Shown here: positions 53,963 through 61,657 of the stretch, one piece after another | Numbering within the stretch: position 1 is the first letter of the stretch | How the letters are laid out: each line of letters starts with the position of its first letter | From: an uncultured Oscillospiraceae bacterium | GTDB taxonomy: Bacteria > Bacillota > Clostridia > Oscillospirales > Oscillospiraceae | Assembly: GCA_947589545.1 (NCBI GenBank) | Contig: CANQBA010000013.1 | Span: forward strand, 3,873-67,872 | Direction of reading: 5' to 3' | Length of the DNA: 64,000 bases | Made by a program: the position numbers and the translations under genes | The notes under the pieces: model-generated | What the model was told of the DNA's origin: nothing | Seen by the model: only the letters and a program-made list of their open reading frames with translations | The model's database searches: none

Positions 53963-54697
53963 TTAGGACGCGCGTACCCTTAAAAGCCCCTCCACCTGGG
54001 CCAGCTGGGCGGGGGTGTTGACGCCGATCAGCTCCTCGCCCATGTTCCGGACGCAGACGTGCACCTTTTCGCCGCGCTCCTTGAGGATGCGGGGCAGGTC
54101 GGTGAGGTAATACTCCCCCTGGGCGTTGTCGGTGCGCAGCTCCGAGAGGGCGGAGACCAGCTTCTCAAAGTCCGCCGCCAGGATGCCGGAGTTCAGCTCC
54201 CGGCAGGCCCTCTCCTCCGGGGTGCAGTCCCGATCCTCCACGATCCGGTCAAAATCGCCGTTTTCGTCCCGGATCACCCGCCCGAAGGGCAGGGGCTCCT
54301 GGGAGACGCCGGACAGCACCGTGCAGGCCGCGCCGCTTTGCCGGTGCTCCTCCACCAGGGCCGCGTAGGTCTCCGGCCGCACCAGGGGCATGTCTCCGCA
54401 GCAGATGAGCACGTCCCCCCGGTAGTCCCCCAGGGCCGGCACTGCGCACATCACCGCGTGGCCGGTGCCCAGCTGCTCGGTCTGTTCGGCGTGGGGATAC
54501 TGGGGGAAGGCCTTTAAAATATACTCCTTTTTGTAGCCCACCACGATCACGGTGTCGTCCCGATCCGTGGGCAGGGCGTCCAGCACCCAGCCCAGCAGGG
54601 GCTTTCCCAGGGCCTGGCGCATGGCCTTGGGCAGGTCGATGCCCTCCTGGGCCAGTCTTGTTCCCTTGCCGGCGGCAAGGACGATGGATTTCAGCAT
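53963..54697 (-). CDS. Sugar-phosphate nucleotidyltransferase (GlmU-N/MobA-like NTP_transferase domain)
   Basis: MLKSIVLAAGKGTRL...LGTGHAV..CCGDMPLV. Overlaps the anSME stop by 7 nt. Confidence 0.8.
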   Translation of the reverse strand: MLKSIVLAAGKGTRLAQEGIDLPKAMRQALGKPLLGWVLDALPTDRDDTVIVVGYKKEYILKAFPQYPHAEQTEQLGTGHAVMCAVPALGDYRGDVLICCGDMPLVRPETYAALVEEHRQSGAACTVLSGVSQEPLPFGRVIRDENGDFDRIVEDRDCTPEERACRELNSGILAADFEKLVSALSELRTDNAQGEYYLTDLPRILKERGEKVHVCVRNMGEELIGVNTPAQLAQVEGLLRVRAS

Positions 54698-55875
54698 AGG
54701 GATCCCTCCTTGGAAGGTTTATTTATTTCTGTCATGATCTCCTCAGGCCCCAGACCCTCACGGCTCAACGCCGTCATCCGCCGGAGGATGGGCGCGGCGT
54801 GGTCGAAAAACGTCCTCATGCCGGGGCAGAGGTAGTGCTGGCCCGCCTCCCCGTCCGCGGAGAGGGCGAAGCGATCCTTGGGGCACCCGCCGTTGCACAG
54901 CGCAAGATGGGGACAGCGGCGGCACTGGCCGGTGAGCTCCCCCTTCCGGCGGCCGAAGGAGAGCTGAGCCTCGGAATTTACAATCTTATCCAGACTTCCG
55001 CCGCTCAGACTGCCCATCCGGTGCGCCGGATCCACGAAGTGGTCGCAGGCGTACACCGCCCCGTCCTCCTCCACCACCGGCACCCGCCCGCAGGTGTCCC
55101 GCAGGGTACACAGGGACGCCTCGCCGCCCGCCAGGACCCGGGCGGCCTCCGCAAAGAGCTGGACGTCCAGCCGTCCCAGATCGTGGGCCGCCCACTCGTC
55201 AAAGCAGGCGATGAGGAACCCGCCGTAGCCCTCCGGGGAGACGGATTCCGGCGTTACGGCCCCGTCCGGGCCGCGGACTACGATGGGGATGAACTGGATC
55301 CAGCCGCTCCCCAACTCCCGGAGGGCGCGGTAGACCTCCAGGGGCCGCTTCTCGCTTTCGGAATGGACGGTACACAGAAGATCCGGCTCCAGCCCGTGGC
55401 GCTTTAAACGCGCGGCGGCGGCCCGGACGCGCTGAAAGGTGGGGGCGCCCCCCAGATCCCGGCGGTTCAGGTCGTGCACCGCCTCCGAGCCGTCCACGGA
55501 CAGGCCCACGTCGAAGCGGTTTTCCTTTAAGAAGGCGCACCAGGCATCGTTGAGCAAAAGTCCGTTGGTTTGCAGATTGTTCAAAGCCGTCCAGCCGGCG
55601 GGGAGATGCTTTCGCTGGAGCTCCACGGCTTTTTTGTAGAAATCCATCCCCGCCAGGGTGGGCTCGCCGCCGTGCCAGGTGAAGGACACCACGGGGCCGG
55701 GGGAGCCGGCCACGGTCTGGCGGATGAGCTTTTCCAGAAGATCGAAGCTCATGCGCGTCTGCCTTGCGTGGGTGGAATATTTTCCCTTATCCAGGTAGTA
55801 GCAATAGCGGCACCGCATGTTGCACCGGGAGCCCACGGGCTTAGCCATCACGGCGAAGGGCAGTTTTTCGCTCAT
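54691..55875 (-). CDS. Anaerobic sulfatase-maturating-enzyme-like radical SAM/SPASM protein
   Basis: PVGSRCNMRCRYCYY (CxxxCxxC), FTWHGGEPTLAG, LQTNGLLL. C-terminal Cys clusters CDHF...CRRCPHLALCNGGCPKDR. Confidence 0.85.
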   Translation of the reverse strand: MSEKLPFAVMAKPVGSRCNMRCRYCYYLDKGKYSTHARQTRMSFDLLEKLIRQTVAGSPGPVVSFTWHGGEPTLAGMDFYKKAVELQRKHLPAGWTALNNLQTNGLLLNDAWCAFLKENRFDVGLSVDGSEAVHDLNRRDLGGAPTFQRVRAAAARLKRHGLEPDLLCTVHSESEKRPLEVYRALRELGSGWIQFIPIVVRGPDGAVTPESVSPEGYGGFLIACFDEWAAHDLGRLDVQLFAEAARVLAGGEASLCTLRDTCGRVPVVEEDGAVYACDHFVDPAHRMGSLSGGSLDKIVNSEAQLSFGRRKGELTGQCRRCPHLALCNGGCPKDRFALSADGEAGQHYLCPGMRTFFDHAAPILRRMTALSREGLGPEEIMTEINKPSKEGSLC

Positions 55876-56636
55876 GTGAGGTGCCTGTCCAGGAACTCCA
55901 GCGTCTTATCGAAGGAGTCCATGGCCGGCCCCTGGCGGTACATGGGCGTGTGGTAGTACCAGATGCCGTGTCCGGCCCCGTCGTAGCGGTGGAATTCATA
56001 GTCCTTGTGGAGCTCCCGGAGCCGCGCCTCCAGCGTGTCCACGTCCTCCGGCGTGGGACTGCGGTCCTCGCTGCCGAAGATGCCCAGAAGCGGGCACTGG
56101 AGCTTTTCCGCGTAGTCGATGGGCGCCACGGGCCGTGCGGGGGTCAGTTTATCGGGCGGGCAGACAACGCCGCCGCCCCAGCAGTCCACCGCCGCGTCGA
56201 TGCCGGGGACGGTGCAGGCCGCCAGGAAGGTGTGGCGTCCGCCGGAGCACATGCCGATGACGCCGGCCTTGCCGTTGGCGTTGGGCTGTGCCTTCAAAAA
56301 GCGCAGGGACGCCGCCACATCGTCCATCACGTCGCTGTCCGGCACGCCGCCCTGCTCCATGGACTTTTGGGCCACCTCCGAAGGCGTGCCGTGGCCCACC
56401 TCCTCGTAGATGTTGGGGCAGAGGACGGCGTAGCCGTGCTCGGTAAAGCGCCGGGCCGCCTCCCGGCACCACTCGTCCCAGCCGGGCATGTGGGGGATCA
56501 GCACCAGGGAGGACGCTTTTTCCACCCCCAGAGGCCGCGACCAGTAGGCATGGATGGGCACGTTCCGCCGGCCGGGGATGACCACCGTCTCGGCGATCTG
56601 ACCGGCGTAATCGTCGGTTTTAAAGCTGTTCCACAT
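55872..56636 (-). CDS. Dienelactone hydrolase-family alpha/beta hydrolase
   Basis: GVIGMCSGGRH (G-x-C-x-G nucleophile elbow). The start is taken at MWNSF with AAGGAG 8 nt upstream; the ORF extends to 56660. Confidence 0.8.
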   Translation of the reverse strand: MWNSFKTDDYAGQIAETVVIPGRRNVPIHAYWSRPLGVEKASSLVLIPHMPGWDEWCREAARRFTEHGYAVLCPNIYEEVGHGTPSEVAQKSMEQGGVPDSDVMDDVAASLRFLKAQPNANGKAGVIGMCSGGRHTFLAACTVPGIDAAVDCWGGGVVCPPDKLTPARPVAPIDYAEKLQCPLLGIFGSEDRSPTPEDVDTLEARLRELHKDYEFHRYDGAGHGIWYYHTPMYRQGPAMDSFDKTLEFLDRHLT

Positions 56637-56656
56637 ATCATATTCTCCTTTCGGGG

Positions 56657-58519
56657 TCATTTGTTCAGGTATACCATCAGCGCGGCGGCATCGGCTGGGG
56701 AGACGCCGGAGATGCGGGTGGCCTGGCCCAGATTGTCCGGGCGCAGACGGCTCAGCTTCTGCCGCGCCTCCAGCCGTAGGCCCTGGATGGCGTTGTAGTC
56801 CATGTCCGGCGGGAGCTTTTTGGCCTCCAGCCGCCGGAATTCGCGGATCTGCCGGGTCTGCTTTTCGATGTAGCCGGCGTACTTGAGGCCGATCTCCACC
56901 TCCTTCACCACCGGCTCCGGCAGGGCGGGCCTGTTAGGGTCGAAGGGGGCGGTGGAGGCGTAGTCCAGCTGGGGCCGGCGGATGAGGCCGGCAAGGCTCG
57001 CGCCGGTGGTCACCGGCGGCTGGCCCCGGGCGGCCAGAAAGGCGTTCAGGGCCTCCGTGGGCGGGACAAAGACCGTCTCCAGCCGGGCCGTCTCCCGGTT
57101 TACGTTTTCGTATTTGTCCAATACCTTTTGGTACCGCTCATCGGAGATCAGGCCCAGGGCGTGGCCCACGCCGCACAGGCGGATATCCGCGTTGTCCTGG
57201 CGGAGGCAGAGCCGGTACTCCGAGCGGGAGGTCATCATGCGGTAGGGCTCGTTGGTGCCCCGGGTCACCAGGTCGTCGATGAGGGTACCGATGTAGCTGC
57301 CGGCCCGATCCAAAATCAGCGGCTCCCGGCCCAGGAGCTTCAGGGCGGCGTTGGCCCCGGCCGCAAAGCCCTGTACCGCCGCCTCCTCGTAGCCGGAGCT
57401 GCCGTTGAACTGCCCCGCGCCGTAAAGGCCGGGGACGCTCCGGGCCTCCAGCGTAAGCTTGAGCTCGGTGGGATCCACGCAGTCATATTCGATGGCGTAG
57501 GCGTAGCGCTGGATTTCGGCGCGCTCAAGGCCCTCGATGGAGTGCACCATCTCTACCTGCACGTCCTCCGGCAGGGAGGAGGAGAGGCCCTGAATGTACA
57601 GCTCCTCGGTGCCCAGGCCCATGGGCTCGATGAACAGCTGGTGCCGCTTCTTGTCCGGGAAGGTGACGATCTTCGTCTCGATGGAGGGGCAGTAGCGGGG
57701 CCCCACGCCGCCGATGACGCCGTTGTAAAGGGGGGAGCGGGCCAGATTGTCCCGGATGATCTGATGGGTGCGCTCGTTTGTGTAGGTGAGCCAGCACACC
57801 GCCCGGTTCTCCGGCACGGCCTCCCCGTCAAAGGCGAAGGGCTCGGGCCGGGGATCCCCCGGCTGGAGCTCCATTTTGGAAAAATCCACGCTCCTGGCGT
57901 TGATCCGGGGCGGCGTGCCGGTTTTGAAGCGCCGGAGGGAGAGGCCCAGATTCAGAAGACAGCCGGTCAGGGGGCCGGAGGCGTGCATCCCGTCGGGGCC
58001 GCTGTCCTCCGTCACATCCCCCACCACGGTCCGGCCCCGGAGATACGTGCCGGTGCAGACCACGCAGGCCCGGCAAAACCAGACTGCGCCGCTTTTGGTG
58101 ACCACGGCGCTGACGGCGCCGTTCTCCGTGCGGATCTCCACGATCTCCGCCTGGACGAGGCGCAGATTCTCCTCCCGCTCCAGCACGCCCTTCATCAGCT
58201 TTTGATATTCGCGCCTGTCCGCCTGGGCCCGCAGGGACCAGACGGCGGGGCCCTTGCCCAGGTTCAGCATCCGGTACTGGATGCAGGCCTGATCCGCCGT
58301 CACCGGCATCTGCCCGCCGAGACACGAGAGCTCCCGTACCAGATGCCCCTTGGCCGTGCCGCCGATGGCCGGGTTGCAGGGCATGTTGCCCACGCTGTCC
58401 AGATTCATGGTGAAGATCACCGTCCGGCACCCCAGCCTGCAGGAGGCCAGCGCCGCCTCGATCCCGGCGTGCCCCGCGCCGATAACGGCCACGTCACAGC
58501 TTCCGGCGTTGTACTCCAT
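56657..58519 (-). CDS. mnmG: tRNA uridine-5-carboxymethylaminomethyl(34) synthesis enzyme MnmG (GidA)
   Basis: [49 protein letters not shown]. Confidence 0.95.
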   Translation of the reverse strand: MEYNAGSCDVAVIGAGHAGIEAALASCRLGCRTVIFTMNLDSVGNMPCNPAIGGTAKGHLVRELSCLGGQMPVTADQACIQYRMLNLGKGPAVWSLRAQADRREYQKLMKGVLEREENLRLVQAEIVEIRTENGAVSAVVTKSGAVWFCRACVVCTGTYLRGRTVVGDVTEDSGPDGMHASGPLTGCLLNLGLSLRRFKTGTPPRINARSVDFSKMELQPGDPRPEPFAFDGEAVPENRAVCWLTYTNERTHQIIRDNLARSPLYNGVIGGVGPRYCPSIETKIVTFPDKKRHQLFIEPMGLGTEELYIQGLSSSLPEDVQVEMVHSIEGLERAEIQRYAYAIEYDCVDPTELKLTLEARSVPGLYGAGQFNGSSGYEEAAVQGFAAGANAALKLLGREPLILDRAGSYIGTLIDDLVTRGTNEPYRMMTSRSEYRLCLRQDNADIRLCGVGHALGLISDERYQKVLDKYENVNRETARLETVFVPPTEALNAFLAARGQPPVTTGASLAGLIRRPQLDYASTAPFDPNRPALPEPVVKEVEIGLKYAGYIEKQTRQIREFRRLEAKKLPPDMDYNAIQGLRLEARQKLSRLRPDNLGQATRISGVSPADAAALMVYLNK

Positions 58520-58728
58520 GGATAACACCTCTTTCTATAAGGCGAGGGGAGTCGAACCCACTCTGCTCACCTTAAGGACATTTTAATACAATCCGCGCCT
58601 TTTCGCAAGACAGATTCAAATTTGTATCACAGCTTTGAACATTTTGTAAATTTCACAAAATTTTAATCCATTTTTCACATTTATATGGTTAAATAGAACA
58701 GGAATAACCTTTTGGGGGTTCAAGCGAT

Positions 58729-59157
58729 ATGAACATAGCGAAAATCATGGTGCCCAAGGCGCTGACCGTCTGCCTGAGAACGGACTCCTCCATCCGCAAG
58801 GGCGTGGACGTGATGCGCCGCCACGGGTACACCGCCATACCGGTGCTGGATCAGGAGGGAAAGTTTACCGGCTGCGTCAACGACCGGGACTTTTTGCGGT
58901 ATTTCGACAGCCTGAACGGCGCTGCGCCGGAGATGGAGCGCCATACGGTGGGGGAGATCATGCGCCACGACTTCTGCCCGCCCATCGCCATCACGGCCAG
59001 CGAGGACAGCCTCATCGACGCGGCGCTCCAGCAGAATTTTGTCCCCGTGGTAGACGACCGGGGCGCTCTGTGCGGCATCGTCACCCGCCGCATGATCATC
59101 GCGGAGCTGGCCGGCCGGGAGCTCCCGCCGCTGGACGGGGAATTCACAGAAGCTTAG
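58729..59157 (+). CDS. Stand-alone CBS-pair domain protein
   Basis: 142 aa. MNIAKIMVPKALTVCL..GYTAIPVLDQEGKFTGCV...FVPVVDDRGALCGIVTRRMI. Confidence 0.8.
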   Translation: MNIAKIMVPKALTVCLRTDSSIRKGVDVMRRHGYTAIPVLDQEGKFTGCVNDRDFLRYFDSLNGAAPEMERHTVGEIMRHDFCPPIAITASEDSLIDAALQQNFVPVVDDRGALCGIVTRRMIIAELAGRELPPLDGEFTEA

Positions 59158-59169
59158 CAAGGCGGAAGA

Positions 59170-59197
59170 CGGGACAGCTGATGCTGTCCCGGTTTTT
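59170..59197 (+). terminator. Intrinsic terminator after the CBS gene (copy 1 of a duplicated hairpin)
   Basis: CGGGACAGC-tgat-GCTGTCCCG-g-TTTTT. Confidence 0.7.
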
Positions 59198-59224
59198 AGC
59201 TTGTCAAAAAACTCAAATTTGATA

Positions 59225-59397
59225 TTTTTTCCGGCGACATGCGCGTCGGAAAAAATCCCTTTTGTTTTGCGGAGTGTGCAGCCCCGCAGGTCGTGCGCGG
59301 AACAAAACAGCAGGTCAATTTTCTCTGAATTTCGCAAAATTCAGAGAAAATTGTCCGCACGTTCCCTTTGTCGGAAAAAGCCCGTCAGGGCTTTTTC
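59225..59397. repeat. Modular three-hairpin element, copy 2 (with a 58-nt internal insertion)
   Basis: H1' 59225-55: T6CCGGCG-acatgcg-CGTCGGA6. H2' 59316-53: 17-bp perfect stem around CTGAATTT-cgca-AAATTCAG. CCGCACGTTCCCTT at 59355-68. H3' 59374-97: GAAAAAGCCC-gtca-GGGCTTTTTC. Confidence 0.7.
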
Positions 59398-59406
59398 GAC
59401 AGTTTC

Positions 59407-59439
59407 AGACGGGACAGCATCGGCTGTCCCGTCTTTTTT
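59407..59439 (+). terminator. Second, better-formed copy of the CBS-gene terminator hairpin
   Basis: AGACGGGACAGC-atcg-GCTGTCCCGTCT-TTTTT. Both stem arms are shared with 59167-59191. Confidence 0.65.
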
Positions 59440-59510
59440 ATGTCATTTTTCAAATAAAAGGAATATTCACGCTCCCGCCCGCATAGGATGGGGACAAGGA
59501 GTGTGATCAA

Positions 59511-60077
59511 ATGAGAACAGTCTTGCTGGGCCTCATCGCCGGCGTCATGGTGCTGACCGCCATGCCCGCCTGTGCCAGAACCTGCTATGAAAAAGCCGCC
59601 GTCCGCCCGGCGGCGCTGACGGATTGGGCGCGGCCGGAGCCGGCGGACAAGCCCGAACCCGTGGAAGAGGACTACGTGACGTATTACACCCGGGCCGATG
59701 TGGAGATGCTGGCGAAGCTGATGTGGTCGGAGGCCGGGGGGATCGACAGCGAAACGGAGCAGGCGTGCGTGGTCTGGACGGTGCTGAACCGCCTGGACAG
59801 CCCGGATTTCCAGGGGGAGACCATCGCGGAGGTGGTGACCGCGCCGGGGCAGTTTTATTACCTGGAACGCGCGCCGCTGGAGGAGGAGCTTCTCGCCCTG
59901 GCCGGGGACGTTTTGAGGCGCTGGAACGACGAAAAAAACGGCCTTGCCGATACGGGCCGCGTCCTGCCGGCGGGCTATTTCTGGTTTGCCGGGGACGGGA
60001 AACACAACTACTTCCGGGACGCCTTCCGCGGCGGCGACCGCTGGGACTACTCCCTGGACAGCCCGTATGAGACGTGA
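59511..60077 (+). CDS. Secreted cell-wall hydrolase (SleB/CwlJ Hydrolase_2 family)
   Basis: Signal peptide MRTVLLGLIAGVMVLTAMPACA. LAKLMWSEAGGIDSETEQACVVWTVLNRLDSP..TIAEVVTAPGQF. AAGGAG RBS. Confidence 0.75.
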   Translation: MRTVLLGLIAGVMVLTAMPACARTCYEKAAVRPAALTDWARPEPADKPEPVEEDYVTYYTRADVEMLAKLMWSEAGGIDSETEQACVVWTVLNRLDSPDFQGETIAEVVTAPGQFYYLERAPLEEELLALAGDVLRRWNDEKNGLADTGRVLPAGYFWFAGDGKHNYFRDAFRGGDRWDYSLDSPYET

Positions 60078-60105
60078 TACATAGCGTCCAATGGAGCTTG
60101 CCGGT

Positions 60106-61113
60106 TCACGTCTCCGCGCCGGTCAGCTCGGAATAGATCAGCTCATAGATCGTGGGATCGACGCACGAAAACACGATTTTCATACGGTAATCGCGGTTAT
60201 CCCTCAACCAGCCTTTTACGGCGCTCACAGCGATCCGGCAGGCCTCCTTCTTGGGATAACTGAATTTTCCCGTAGAAATCGAGGGGAAGGCGATGCTGTG
60301 GATCCCGTTCTTTTTTGCCAGATCAAGACTTTCAAGGTAGCACCTCGTCAAATTCTGCCGGCAATTTTCTGTGGGATATTTCGGCCCGACCGTATGGATG
60401 ATGTATCTGGCCTTCAATCCATAGCCGCCTGTAAGCTTGGCTTCCCCCACGCCGCAGCCGCCGAGGGCCGCGCACGCGGCTCTGAGCGCAGGGCCCGCCG
60501 CGCGAAAGACGGCGCCGTCTACGCCGCCGCTTGCCAGGAGCGTTTCGTTTGTGGCGTTGACAATGCACTCACATTCCGACAGGGTGATGTCACGGTCATC
60601 CATCCAGATCCCTTCAAAGGGGCCTGTCAAGGGCTCGCGGAACGGGAGGGCGTCGGGGATCCCGTTCCTGCGAAAATCTTCCCGCAGCCGCATCAGTATT
60701 TTCCCGAGATGGTTTTCCCCCTCGCCGGTCTTCAGATCCACGCCCCAATACAGGTCTTTCCAATAATTTCCTTCCTTTAAGGGCTTGGTTCCCGTATCCA
60801 GCAGGGCCCGGGCCAGCGCGGGATTCTGCGAAAACTTCTCGTACACGACTTTTTCCATTATGCCGCGTTTCACTTTGTCCCAATCCGGCCGCCGCTCGAC
60901 CTTCTGACCGAGACGCTTTGCCTCGTCGGAGGACAGGCGGGCAAAACGCCCACGGTCTTCCGCGTGGAGACATTTCTGCGCCTGATAGGCGGCTTCTGAA
61001 TTAAAATATGTAATTCCGTCAAATACGACCTTCGTGGGATAAAAATTGCTTAAAAATTCATATTCCTCGCGAAAATAGTCGATCGCTTCACGTGGCGTTT
61101 CATAGTATCTCAT
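60106..61113 (-). CDS. NADAR (DUF1768/YbiA-like) domain fused to a macrodomain (ADP-ribose-binding/hydrolase)
   Basis: N-terminus YEFLSNFYPTKVVFDGITYFNSEAAYQAQK...GENHLGKILMRLR (NADAR). C-terminus IVNATNETLLASGGVDGAVFRAAG...IHSIAFPSISTGKFSYP (macro). ATG at 61113 is 9 nt after AGGAG; the ORF track starts at a TTG at 61143. Confidence 0.8.
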   Translation of the reverse strand: MRYYETPREAIDYFREEYEFLSNFYPTKVVFDGITYFNSEAAYQAQKCLHAEDRGRFARLSSDEAKRLGQKVERRPDWDKVKRGIMEKVVYEKFSQNPALARALLDTGTKPLKEGNYWKDLYWGVDLKTGEGENHLGKILMRLREDFRRNGIPDALPFREPLTGPFEGIWMDDRDITLSECECIVNATNETLLASGGVDGAVFRAAGPALRAACAALGGCGVGEAKLTGGYGLKARYIIHTVGPKYPTENCRQNLTRCYLESLDLAKKNGIHSIAFPSISTGKFSYPKKEACRIAVSAVKGWLRDNRDYRMKIVFSCVDPTIYELIYSELTGAET

Positions 61114-61226
61114 GGCGCTTATCTCCTGACCGGTTTTTGACAAAAATCCCTCCAGACAGGGACGGGTACCGCGCGGTTTTTACACGGCTCCCCCGCCGCT
61201 TCGGGCCCTGCCACGCCGTTTCTGAA

Positions 61227-61274
61227 CAAAAAAGCGTTGGAATTGCTGACCTTTCAGCTCTTCCAACGCTTTTT
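61227..61274 (-). terminator. Terminator of the tRNA-Leu transcription unit
   Basis: AGCGTTGGAA(61233-42)...TTCCAACGCT(61261-70), followed on the minus strand by T6. Confidence 0.7.
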
Positions 61275-61278
61275 CGTG

Positions 61279-61363
61279 TGGTGCGAGAGATGAGACTTGA
61301 ACTCACACGTCATTCGACACACGCACCTCAAACGTGCCTGTCTGCCTATTCCAGCACTCTCGC
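61279..61363 (-). tRNA. tRNA-Leu (anticodon GAG), type II with a long variable arm and encoded CCA
   Basis: Minus strand: GCGAGAG TG CTGG AATAGGCAG AC AGG CACGT TTGAGGT GCGTG TGTCGAATGACGT GTGAG TTCAAGT CTCAT CTCTCGC ACCA. Aligns position by position with E. coli tRNA-Leu. Confidence 0.9.
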
Positions 61364-61374
61364 AAAGCAAAACT

Positions 61375-61402
61375 ATTATAGCAGAAAAAATCCGTTTGTC
61401 AA
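61375..61402 (-). promoter_or_regulatory. Promoter of tRNA-Leu
   Basis: Minus strand reads TTGACA(61402-397), 16-nt spacer, TGcTATAAT(61380-75). The TSS is a few nt before the mature 5' end. Confidence 0.65.
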
Positions 61403-61469
61403 CCGCTTTTTTAAAATTTGCTGAAAAAAGAAAATCCGGAAAAACATGAAAGTTTTTCCGAAAAACCTC

Positions 61470-61499
61470 TTGACAAGCCCTTTTATATAATGGTATAAT
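61470..61499 (+). promoter_or_regulatory. Promoter upstream of rpoB
   Basis: TTGACA(61470-75), 18-nt spacer, TGgTATAAT(61494-99). A ~150-nt leader with hairpins GGCCCC-gaagt-GGGGCC and GCCGG..CCGGC follows. Confidence 0.55.
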
Positions 61500-61657
61500 A
61501 AGCTGATGCTTTGGCCCCCGAAGTGGGGCCACTCCCACCCTATCTACACATATAGTACCACAATCCGGCAAAAAATCAAGGGGTTGCGCCAAGAATTCTA
61601 CAACTCCGCCGGGCGTATCTGCCGAGAGCCGGCAAGTAACTGTAAGGAGTGAAGTCA

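Noticed and set aside
53801-53983. 60-aa ORF (MTMQRAYGIISMVAEGEPTSQ...).
   Set aside because: Its TTG start is the -35 hexamer itself and it has no RBS. The two substitutions relative to the paralogous core at 20493-517 fall on first codon positions in this frame (H/Y, Q/E), which argues against selection on this reading frame.
58540-58590. tRNA-like fragment (minus strand ...GAGTGGGTTCGACTCCCCTCGCC) just upstream of mnmG.
   Set aside because: Only a T-arm-like piece with an imperfect stem. It has no acceptor pairing, anticodon arm, 5' half or CCA. At most it is a relic, and I cannot support it as a gene or an att site.
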